Below, piece after piece: positions 50,414 to 61,436 of a stretch of DNA of 64,000 nucleotides. A program made the translations under genes and the position numbers. Each line of letters starts with the position of its first letter. Position 1 is the stretch's first letter. Location of the stretch: positions 1 to 64,000 of the forward strand of contig JAUCBJ010006847.1 in the NCBI GenBank assembly GCA_032718475.1. Direction: 5' to 3'. This DNA is from Nemertoderma westbladi. Its lineage: Eukaryota > Animalia > Xenacoelomorpha. Under the pieces are notes generated by a model. It made no database searches. It was not told where the DNA came from and saw nothing but the letters and a program-made list of their open reading frames with translations.

Positions 50414-52663
50414 ATAACAGTTTGTAAAATTCTTGATTGCAGTGTAGGCAATAAATACAGTTTAATATTGTTCTGGTAAGAACAATAACAGTTTGTAGGA
50501 TCTTGATTGCGGCGTAAGCGATCAAGACTAAAGTACCAGTCGACCGGTAACCAGTAGGCCTGACTGCCTGATCATCCGGACCGGTACTTACAACAGTACA
50601 GGTACAGCAGTATTATTCGATTTTGATAGTTATATACCGGTAGGCCTTAATAATTAATCAGGGAGGGCCCGCCCTGGTTTTTTATTGAGATTTTACTTAT
50701 TTCTGTCAGTTTTATTTATTTGTAAGCCAGTATTGAGCAGAAGGCGTGTAAGCCTGCTCAGATTGTACAGATAATTTGTAGGCTGGACTGTTGTCTAACT
50801 GTTGTTGAGTCTGAACGGATTGCAGTGCATGTAGAGTGTATGTCCGATAAAGTACGGTTAGGAAGTAGGGGCAGCCAGAGCTGTAAGGTCAATCCCCACC
50901 TAAAAGAATAAGTCGTACTACCGTGTTAGAACGCATACTAACTAACCATTTTGGAATCTGCATATACTGTAGTTTATTTAGGCTTGATAGTAGTCTGCCA
51001 GCGTTTTAGCCTGTGTTTGTTTGTGTGGTCTGTTCAGGTACCGTAATAGTTATTACTCAGATATTTTGTAGGCTGGATTGTTGTCTGGCTGTTATTAGGT
51101 CTGAAGAGATTGCTGCGTGTGTAGAGTTTGTCTGATAAAGTGCCAGTTAGTAAGTTGGGGCAGCCAGAGCTGTAAGGTCAATCCCCTCTTAAAGAATAAG
51201 TCGTACTACCGTGTTAGAACGCATACTAACTAACCATTTTGGAATCTGCACATACTGTAGTTTATTTAGGCTTGGTGGTAGTCTGCCAGCGTTTGGTTTG
51301 TATTTTGTTTGAGTATTCTGTACGGGTAGCGTAATATTTATTATTCAGAGTTTATGCGATTATTCGCAACATTCATGTCCCCAAGTTTATTCCTACAGTA
51401 ATTGTGCTTGTTACACATACCGTTATAGTTAAATTAACCCCGGTACTACACGGGCTGCTTGGCGTAGGTAAAGACTGGCGACTTTGTGCTCCGGTCACTC
51501 CAGCAGATGCCGTGGTTCTTTTAACTGTTCAAGTATTTTTAACTACTGATTATCTGTTGTACAAGTACTCGTACCTAATTTAGGGTTTAGTGTACAGTGC
51601 TTTCCGAAGGTAATTAGAGTGTGGGCAGTATATTTGTGTTGTAAAGTGGTTAATAGGCACGTTGGTTCTGGTAGACCGCGGTAATTAACTTCTAGGTAGG
51701 GACACTCCGTGATACATAACGTAGTACCTATAGCGATACGGCTATAGGTCGTCAGACAGTGGTATTTTCCTATCTGGACAACACAGTGTATTTACTACTA
51801 CTTATTATTTTCAAATACCGTAGTATCCTGTCCGTTGTAATAACCAGAAAATCTAACACTCTGTTAGACTGGTTTGTAGTTCCCTGTAAAATTACCCTAA
51901 AATTTCGTACGTAATATTTTTGTTGTGTTTAATTAGAGATTTAATCTCATCCGTATCGTAAGTAATTCGTAGATAAGTAACTTAGGAAGTAGAATTATTT
52001 GTTTTAGTGTCCAATAAGTAGCACTTCACTGAGAGCGCACAGCTTTTGCGTAGTGATTACTTCCCAGAAATAATAACATCTATTTCAATATTGTAACAAA
52101 CCCCTCATACGGGTACATATAAATCCACTAAATCTATTAATAAAATAGTAGGCCTGTTATACAACACTTAGGTCTTAATATCAGTTGGACTGCTGCTCAA
52201 ATAACGGTAATAAAGTAGGTAAAGTAACCAAGTAACCCCTAACATTCAGAAATTCAATTATTTTAAAATAATTGACATACCGGTATTTACAATAGGCTTA
52301 TTATATTTATTCTATAAATTTAGGTTGAAATCATACCGGTATTCTGCAATTAATTCTAGTCTGTAATAATTATACTTATATATACTATAAGTGTCAGCTG
52401 TACACCGGTATTCACGATAGGCCTATTATATATTTATATATATTTGTGCTAAAATTATATACCGGTACTCTGTGACAAATCTAGTCTGTAATAATACTTA
52501 TATATATACTATAAGCATACCGGTATTCTAATATATTATATATATATCACGCTACACTGAGCAGCAGTATCGGTAATTAATTATTAGGCTAACAGTGATA
52601 CTGAATTACTAGACTTACTTTAGCTGTATTTATAGCCGTAGGCATTCAACTGTGTAAACAAAC

Positions 52664-55600
52664 ATGTCTGACACAAAACGGGCACTGTCAGATAGTCTTT
52701 TGGAAGGTGTTAGAATGAGTCTTAGACTTGGACAGGGTCTTGAAAGGAAGATGGCAGAGGCAATGGCAACAGCAGAAACGGAAAGAAAGGCGGCAGAGGC
52801 AATGGCAACAGCAGAAGCGGAAAGAAAGGCGGCAGAGACAATGGCAACAGCAGAAGCAGAAAGAAAGGCGGCAGAGGCAATGGCAACAGTAGAAGCGGAA
52901 AGAAAGATAGAGACACCTGTACTCCCAGAACCTGCCTATAAATTCCCTTTGAACAGTACTAAACTACCTGTGCCCAGTAGGACTGTTCCCGAGTCCGAAC
53001 CCGTCCTGGACGCCGAGCGAGATATCAAGAATTTATCGCCCGTCGTCTCTCGCTCGCCCGCTACTAAGTTGGCGACTCCCGCTTCGGCGGTTGAGTGGGT
53101 AGCTGAGGGACGACGGGAGATGGGTCTCCTGCTCGAGCAGCTGAGGGAACACTGTTTGTGCTCTTCTCAGCAGGTCCGGGAAATGGAAGAGACTGTTCAG
53201 CAGCTCAAGGGAACAGTAAGGGAAAGTAGGTTAGAGTTGCAAAAGGTGCAGCAAAGTATCGCGTTAGAACGCGATAAATTAGTCAATTTACAAAAGGGTA
53301 TACCACCACCCCCTGTAACAATGTGTCAACCCGTTAGGTCTGAAGTATCTCATGCGCAAGGTGTAGAGCCTACACGCATCTATACTGCTAGTGAAGTAGA
53401 AACTCCTATAGTAAACCCTATTCAGGGTGATTATAAACCTGTTGATAATAATATTCCATATAGACCTGATCATAATCCGAGAAATTTATATACCGATAAT
53501 TCTATATTCAATAATACGATGGCTCAAGAAAGTTTTACGCGTCAAATGGCTAGAACCGAAGCCCGTCAAGCAGTAAAGGTTGGAGAGATCGTCAAGTTCA
53601 ATGGAGATGAGATGAAATGGTTACCTTTTAATGAATATTACAAAGATAACATACAGAATTCTGTGCTATCTAACGGAGAGAAACTCAGATACCTCATCGA
53701 ATGCTTGGAAGGACCTCCCAAGTTAATGGCGTTAAAATTTATTGGACATCCAGATGGATTAAGACAAGTTTGGGATACATTAAACATCAGGTATGGTAAT
53801 AGGACTAACATAGCTAGGTATTTATATGCGAAATTAATGGCGCCCCGAAAGTTTCTTAGCAGCGGGATTATAGAATTTTCCGATGAGATTCAGGAGATCT
53901 GTAGACAGCTAGATTGGTTAGGTAAGTCTCATGAATACCAGAACTCTATGGTTGTAGGAGCCTTAGCATCTACTTTACCAAAGGGTGGAGTAGGTACACG
54001 CTGGGACAAGAAAGTGTTATATATGATGGAACAACAACAACGAGACCCTACCATGGCTGATCTCATGTCCTTCTTAGATAGTGAAGTAAAATTACTACTC
54101 ATAAAGCAGTCCAGAGAGAAAACATCGGAAAATAAGGTAAGTGAGAAACCCATTTCTAGGAGAAGGGTAACACCAGTGTGTTATACTGACGACGGCGAAA
54201 GCCAAGTCTCTCAGGAAGAGGACAACGGGAAAGACACAGCAAAATCTTACTATGATAACAAGACCTATAAAGACGTAAGTAAATATAAGTCTCGAACCAG
54301 GGACAGGAGAGAACAGGTAACAACAACTCCTCCTACGTCTCCTAAGAGAATTCACGGAAGAAAGCCCGAAGAAAGAACGAGAGTGCATAACGTTGCCCAA
54401 GGTAAAGTGAGTAACATCAAACCAAAATGTGCGCTGTGCGACGGGCCCCACCGTTTGAGTGTGTGTGCTGAATTCCTAAAGAAATCCCTGGTAGACAGAC
54501 GTGAAGTCATGTGGGATAAGCGGTTATGCTATAATTGCCTCAGACCAGGACACCAACGGCGAACCTGTTACTCCGAAGTAAAGTGTGCAAAGTGCAGTGA
54601 GAAACATCACATCTTGTTACGCAGTGAATTCGAACGAAACAACCCGAGTCAGGTAAGTGAGCCCGAACTACATGTCCAATTCAGTGATGTAAATGACACT
54701 GATCAAGAGTCTGAGATGGAAGGATTCTATACGGACGAATTCTCCGACGCCAATGAATCCTGTTACCTAATAAATACCGCAGTGTATCGAGCACTTACGT
54801 ATGAAAAGGACACCGACAATGAGTTCCCCCCAACTACCTTTGACAGACAACCATCTTGGAAACCTCCAACTTCCAACGTAGGAATCAGAGAATTTCCTGT
54901 AGTGCAGGTAAGAGTTCACGGTCCCAACAAAAGTTACATAGTGAACGCCCTCCTTGACTCCGGCAGCACAGGAACATTCATCGATCAAGAACTAGCCGAA
55001 GATATCTTTGCTGGACAACCCAAATTCCGAACTAAGTTGGATATGTCAGGAATTATGCAGGTTTGGAAATCTACCATAACGGCAGATTACTATGTAGGTG
55101 CATTGTCCACCCCCCAGGATAAATTAGGAGAACAAAGTATAAGGTCAGTAAAAATGGTGGCTATAAAGAACTTCGCTACTACCCAGGTAGAACCTTATAA
55201 CTGGGACGAGGATGAGAGCATCCAGCAGCTTAAGATACCTCGATTCCACACAGATTATCCTGGAGTGCAAATACTCATCGGCCAAAACGCGCATGAGGCG
55301 CTAGAGACATTGGAGAAACGGCCTGCTCAACCACAGCCACTACAAACCTATGCAGTAAGAACTAGAGTAGGTTGGTACTTCACTGGCCCTTCCCGTAGAA
55401 CTCTCAAAGAGAGATTACCTCAAGAACAGGTATACCAAGTAAAGGAATGGGAAGTGGAGAGCAGTGAGGTGGACGACCCAACTGAGGGAACACCATACTC
55501 CTCAGATAATGACGATATTAACTCCAATGTAGATCAATGGAGACATTGCCTTGGGACGATTAATCCAGCCGACATTGCTTCCAGAGGAGCAACTCCTCAA

Positions 55601-55861
55601 GAACTGATAGATACTCCAGGCTGGTTAGGTGGATCCGACTTCTTAAGTAAAGAAGAAGAAGAATGGCCTCCTCATATTACCACGGCGCAGATTAGACAGG
55701 CCAAGGGAGCGGAGAAAGTAACACAACAACTCAATCGCCCAGCTGGTCGTTTATGTTTACTGGAAAGAGACCGAAAACTGTCCGGAAACTATGGAAGGCA
55801 AGATACTCTTCCTACGACCACTTCCCTAATCCGACAAATATCTAGGGACTCCATAACGTAA
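52664..55861 (+). CDS. BEL/Pao Gag-protease polyprotein with in-frame RNase H and integrase-tail remnants (1065 aa)
   Basis: DUF1759-like KFNGDEMKWLPF...EKLRYLIECLEG; three Cys/His knuckles (CALCDGPHRLSVC, CYNCLRPGHQRRTC, CAKCSEKHH); protease ALLDSGS; WRHC..INPADIASRG...WLGGSDFL; terminal RPAGRLCLLE; no YVDD-type RT motif and no integrase core. Confidence 0.93.
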   Translation: MSDTKRALSDSLLEGVRMSLRLGQGLERKMAEAMATAETERKAAEAMATAEAERKAAETMATAEAERKAAEAMATVEAERKIETPVLPEPAYKFPLNSTKLPVPSRTVPESEPVLDAERDIKNLSPVVSRSPATKLATPASAVEWVAEGRREMGLLLEQLREHCLCSSQQVREMEETVQQLKGTVRESRLELQKVQQSIALERDKLVNLQKGIPPPPVTMCQPVRSEVSHAQGVEPTRIYTASEVETPIVNPIQGDYKPVDNNIPYRPDHNPRNLYTDNSIFNNTMAQESFTRQMARTEARQAVKVGEIVKFNGDEMKWLPFNEYYKDNIQNSVLSNGEKLRYLIECLEGPPKLMALKFIGHPDGLRQVWDTLNIRYGNRTNIARYLYAKLMAPRKFLSSGIIEFSDEIQEICRQLDWLGKSHEYQNSMVVGALASTLPKGGVGTRWDKKVLYMMEQQQRDPTMADLMSFLDSEVKLLLIKQSREKTSENKVSEKPISRRRVTPVCYTDDGESQVSQEEDNGKDTAKSYYDNKTYKDVSKYKSRTRDRREQVTTTPPTSPKRIHGRKPEERTRVHNVAQGKVSNIKPKCALCDGPHRLSVCAEFLKKSLVDRREVMWDKRLCYNCLRPGHQRRTCYSEVKCAKCSEKHHILLRSEFERNNPSQVSEPELHVQFSDVNDTDQESEMEGFYTDEFSDANESCYLINTAVYRALTYEKDTDNEFPPTTFDRQPSWKPPTSNVGIREFPVVQVRVHGPNKSYIVNALLDSGSTGTFIDQELAEDIFAGQPKFRTKLDMSGIMQVWKSTITADYYVGALSTPQDKLGEQSIRSVKMVAIKNFATTQVEPYNWDEDESIQQLKIPRFHTDYPGVQILIGQNAHEALETLEKRPAQPQPLQTYAVRTRVGWYFTGPSRRTLKERLPQEQVYQVKEWEVESSEVDDPTEGTPYSSDNDDINSNVDQWRHCLGTINPADIASRGATPQELIDTPGWLGGSDFLSKEEEEWPPHITTAQIRQAKGAEKVTQQLNRPAGRLCLLERDRKLSGNYGRQDTLPTTTSLIRQISRDSIT

Positions 55862-58800
55862 TAACATATGGAGTGGGCGTGTTACTATATCATTTTATAT
55901 TTGTTTTTATTTTATATTTATGTATGTATTATTATGTAATTTTATTATAATCGTTTTCTTTAATTTTATTTAGTAGAATGTTCTTTTAGTGATTATTTAG
56001 TAGATTAGTGCAATATATTAGTGTTTATTACGTACGTAATTACTTATAATATATATTTAGTGCGACGGCGAGAAATAATTATTTTTTCTCTTTCCTTACT
56101 GTCCGTATCATATTATAAATACGTGACTACAGTAAGATGAAATGTCCGTACTTATTAAAGTACAATAAAGCCACTACTATATTCAAGTATTATTGGTAGG
56201 CAGAGTATTAGGAATGCAAAGTTCAGATCCTCGTGTCTCGGCTAAACCAAGCTCTGGGTAGACCTTGGAAACGACTTGCCTCTTCACACTGACATTGCTT
56301 CGTGCGATATTGCTCTCATACCATATATAATAATACATATAGTAGCGTGATGTCCCTCTAACAGTAGCGTGAAACGCAAATAAATCTGTTAAACCTTTTG
56401 ACCATCTGTAATTCTAGTCGATTAAGATATCGCGGCACCCACCGATATACTTGAAAGACAAATTCTAGAATCAGTGGTTAACGTCCCCAGACAAGTTCTG
56501 GAATAAATTGGTGCCCATCTCAAATATTAATTATTTAATATTTACAAATCTATAAATCAAAATCTGTAAAATTCAGATCCTTTAACAATTCTAGTCGATT
56601 AAGATATCGTAGCACTTACCGATACTCTTAAAAGACAATTTTCATAGAATTAAGGATCCTATGTCCCCAGACCTGCTCTGGAATCAAATTGTGTCAATTG
56701 TACTATCAAATAATAAAATTTCAGGGAATAAATTTAAATTCATATTTTAATGAATTTAATAAATTGTCATTCTGTGCAATTTATAACATTCCCAAAAATC
56801 CCATTAATTAATAGATCACGGGAGCGGAGATTCATCCTATTAAGTGTGTTAGAGTGTGAGAATCTCCCATGTATGAGTCAATAGCCGATAAAATTTATAA
56901 AATCATGTATAAACGAGATATTGGACCATTAAAGAATTACTATTAAATAGCATCCCAGATCTGTATGCATTGGAATTACCCTAATTCTACCGCTAGCTTT
57001 CCATAATGTCACCATAGTAACACCCACGCTAGAATTAGAAGCAAGTTAAAAGGGACAATAGAAAGCTTGCCCCATTGCATAGAGGGGAGTTAAATAGCGC
57101 ACTGTTAGTATCCAAGGATACATAATAATAACGTGGCATTCTGGAAGGCACTGACTAACGGACAAATGGCCCGAGTGTGTGCAATCAATTTGTGACAGTT
57201 GTGTGTGTGGAGTTTGTGAGTTTATAAGCGAATGTTACTACTAAGGTGTGTTTACAGTAGCGAGTCGCAATTGTGAAAGTAACCCTAACTCTCCAGTAAG
57301 AACCTGAAGTGTATCTAAGCCTTTGGGATGGACAGTGGAGTGACTCGTGCTAGTGTCGTTGTCGTTGTGTAGCTACACGTTGGCGGAAAACACAGCGGCG
57401 ACGATACATTTGCGCTGAGGCTCTTACACTGTCCGGGGGCTGATTGGGGTAGGCAGCGACGCTCGCTAGCCTAATTATAAGCTCATTATAATATGAATAA
57501 ACTCATATATAGCAGATATAACGGAGTTGATAGAAGATGGTCTTGGTATCGGGGAGCGATATACTCTACCTTTACAAGTGTTTGTTGATAGCTTGATACG
57601 CGGCGACGCTAGTCCAACTACTATGAAGGACGATGGTCGTTATATCGAACCGACGATTTCCTAGAAGCAACTTACGCGTGAATTGGACTATGGAAAATTC
57701 ACCGCTCGCTACACGCATCGTAATAGTACGTATATGGACTTCTTAACCATTGGCCATTCTATCGATTCACACGATACGGACTATGTCGAACATATATCCT
57801 ACCCAGCGGAGTCGGAACGATAAACTGAAATTCGAATGCGAAAATTCTATTCGAAATCGACTCGAAAGAAAAGACATTAGAGAGACAAATGGACGCGGTA
57901 ACTCTAACGTATATTTGGAATCCTTGATAGAAGCATTGTAACAACAAATAAATATCATCCGCGTTTCCCCTACCAGACGTGCGTCTTTGGTATTATTACG
58001 ATAAATGTCCTAGACCCAACTAATAAACGGAAAGACATAAACATCCACGGAAACCGAAATTTGTTCGACATATCACCTACGCTCGCTCGACTCAGACGAT
58101 CCTTGAGTAAACCTACGATCATAGTTCCGGAATACTCGGTCAGACCACCTCGTTCCTTGATTAGACCTCAGACTTTCGATTCTGATGGTATCCCAGATCC
58201 TCACGAGCTGTATTCACTGTTCAAAGATCTAGTGCTACCCTAACAATTAATCGGTAACACTCCGGCAGCGAGCTCTAGCTAGCCGCCCATCTTACCTAGC
58301 CGTATTGGGACGCGGACACCTAATATCACCATTCAACCGTATGGTCGTCCCAGTTTAACGCGATACAACCCTTCATCAAGGTGAAGGAGAGCGTTGTACG
58401 AAACGAGTTAAACGCTATTCTACAAAGATCAGAAAGGAAACCTGCGTTTGTTCAGATAAACGTAAGTTATAACAGCGAGTCCAAGCGGTAAACGAATTGG
58501 CTTTATCTCAGTTCGATTGGGAAATCTTGAATCTCTAAGAAGATATCGAGCTTAGACAACCCTATTCTCTGCGAGAGTTTTGGACGAGCGTGTCCAACGA
58601 CAAGCGGAGGAAAATCAGCTCGAGGAGAAGCAGATCGAAATGGACGAGACACTGACCGTAACCCTAAACCTTCTGATGCAATGGTATTGCACCCTTCACC
58701 CAGGAGTTACTTCCCTCCTAGTAAAGTGGCTCGCCCCAAAGAGAAAAGGACTCTTGCTAGCCTCAAAAAGCTGCGTAAACGCCGTCCGCGTAAGAAAGAC

Positions 58801-58881
58801 TAACTGTTTAGAGTATTTTTATATTTTAGAAACTGTGATTTGTTATATTTTATAGACTTAAATCCCATTTTCTGGGAGCGG

Positions 58882-60092
58882 TGTAAAGGCTTTTGCGTAA
58901 TTAGCCGGTTATTTTCCCCATAAAGTACTCTGTAGTTGGTTTACCAGGCATAAAAAGGCCGTATCCTTACTGTACTGGTGTTTTAGAGGACATAAAAGTA
59001 ATTTCTGCTGTATGTGTACTTTAGCGGACATAATCCGCAATTCTATGATGTAAAAGCCGAAATACTCTTGAACAGTGTAGTTACTATGACGACAGCTAAT
59101 AGCTGAGCTGTACACGTGGAGCCTCTGCACGGAGCCTTGGTTCTTTGTTCTGCTCAACTCAAATGACGACATCTATCAGCTGTGTCCACGTCAGTTCGAC
59201 CAATCAGAGATTTTCCCTTTGTGTAAAAAGCTGTACAGCAGAATCCCATGATTCAGTACTGACGATTCCCCCACGCCTTGAACACCGGCCAGGGAATGTT
59301 TTCTGACATTAGAGCGTCTTTAATTATAAGATCATCAAACTGTTATCTCGGTACTGACTACAGCACCTCGGTCTTGGTTAACTTGGTCAACTTGGTTAAG
59401 TACACTTGCATTATTTACTGCTATTTACTGTGTTGTTAATTGTATCGTTCGTTTACATATTATTATTGGGAAGAATATTGATAACGATCCGAAACCCCAA
59501 TCTTCTTGATACACTAAGGTTAGAGAGACCGGTTACATATAACAATTTGCGACATACATTATCGTGGTTTGTAGTGAGTTCAATGCTACTTAATAGGCCC
59601 TACAAATGTCGGTTGCTGTTCTCTTTATATATGATTAAAATCAGTGAATATCGGCAATTCATGTATGCAGTTGTGTGCAATAGTCTGTGTGTGCTTGACC
59701 GAGTAACAAAGCATTTCCTAAAGAATGCACTTTGGTGATCTATAAGACATACCGTTGTGTATAGTGTAAGTCATAGCTCTGTTTAAATAGATAGAGCGCC
59801 ACGTCCTAAAGGAACTGCTAATATTTCCCGAAAGTGAATAATATTCGTCAGAGATTATATATTAACGATCAATCGAATAGTACGGTAGGCCTGCACCGCA
59901 ATCAAATTAAAGCATCCAAATCCAGTCTCCCGGGTATATCCAGCGGGTGAATGGTCGCGCACAGACTGGCTTTGGCTAATGTTAGAATTATTATAGGTGT
60001 TCAATACTTGTCATAGGCTGGAGTAGATTTATAACCTAGAAGACATATAGATTTGGCGGGTTAAACTGCCAAAGGTCTTAAAAGCGCGAACA
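58882..60092 (+). repeat. 3' LTR
   Basis: TG...CA, followed by TSD gacac. Confidence 0.95.
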
Positions 60093-60448
60093 GACACTAC
60101 CAGCATACTGTACGGTAAATATAGTTTCAGTTGAAGTTTATGTCTGACACAAGACGTACATTAGTAAAGGCCATTAAGTCTTGTACACTGAAGGCTGGTA
60201 TGTATGATTTATATAAAGAATTTCATAGTATTGTTTGGCGCATTGTTGTCTACAGAATGTGCGATTATACATAGATACTACATGAGCAGTAGAACACTAT
60301 CATGTTACAATAATTTAAATAATAATTTAAAAAATAGCGAACAAACTAATAGTTATCATTCTAGAAGACATATTTTTACATTATTGTAACACTACTGCTC
60401 ATATAGTATCTAAAATGTACTGTGTATTTTACTGTGTTGTATGTAGCA

Positions 60449-61436
60449 ATGTTCGACTCGGATTCGGATGAGGATTTGAGGCACGAGTAGTGGTAGGTGC
60501 TGCTGCAAGGAGACCAAAGTATCGGGAATGAATAAATTTCAATCGTATACTGGAGGAGAATAGGCAGCGATTCAGACTCAAAGATGAAAATTTGGCTCTT
60601 TTGATCAATCATATAGGGCTGTTTCTAGAGCAGTCTGAGAAAAATCATGCTTTGTGCTCGGAGCAGCGAATCAGGTTATCCCTTCGGTACCTAGCATCTG
60701 GAGGGAGCATGCATGATATCTCTGACAGCCATGGTGTCCATAAGTCAAGGGTGTCACGCACGCTTCGGCTTGTAAACGACAACATCCTTCCTAACAATGT
60801 GAAATGGCCTGCAGATTTTCTCCGATTTTGCCGGGTTTCCAAGCGTGATTGGTTGTATTGACGGGTCTCATTTTAAGATCAAGCGGCTGACAGTTGATGA
60901 ACCGAACTATGTCAATCGACATGGATACCACTCCATCAATGGTATGCTTGTTTGTGGCCCAAAGATGGAGTTCCACTATGTCCCAGCAAAGTGGGTGACA
61001 TGGATCTGTAGGTGATGCTTGTGTATTTCGGAACAGCACACTAAAACAAAAGTTGAGCACTGGCTGGACACCTTTCAGGAATGGCGTGTTACTGGGAGAC
61101 TCCGCATTCGCCAACAAAGAGTATCTTATAGTACCAGTACCCATAGCAAATACAGAGCAAGAGGAAAGGTTTATCGCCGCTACAAGAAAACTAGAAGACT
61201 CATTGAATGTGCTATAGGACTTCTCAAGCAGCGATTCCATTGCCTGTTGGGTAAGATGGAGTTCACCCTGGAACATTCCAAGAATGTAATATGCTGTTGT
61301 GTTGCGTTGCACAACCTGTTTTTGAAACCGTATGACTCTGAAGAAGCCATGAGAGACTTCGATTTGGAAGGCATTCTAGAACCTGAAGCTGGTGATGAGC
61401 CAATTGCTGATGCTTGTCCATCGCACAGAACTAATT
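60449..61436 (+). pseudogene. PIF/Harbinger (HARBI1-like) DDE transposase, frameshifted; last codons (RTELINLF*) continue at 63592-63615
   Basis: LRYLASGGSMHDI, FPSVIGCIDGSH, YVNRHGYHSIN, LLGDSAF, TRRLIECAIGLLKQRFHCL, CVALHNL across frames. Confidence 0.92.

Larger units (their letters stand above)
49203..60092 (+). mobile_element. BEL/Pao LTR retrotransposon, non-autonomous (Gag-protease only), recent insertion
   Basis: 1211-bp LTRs, 5-bp TSD gacac (49198-49202 and 60093-60097), purine tract gggagcgg before the 3' LTR, BEL-type Gag. Confidence 0.95.
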
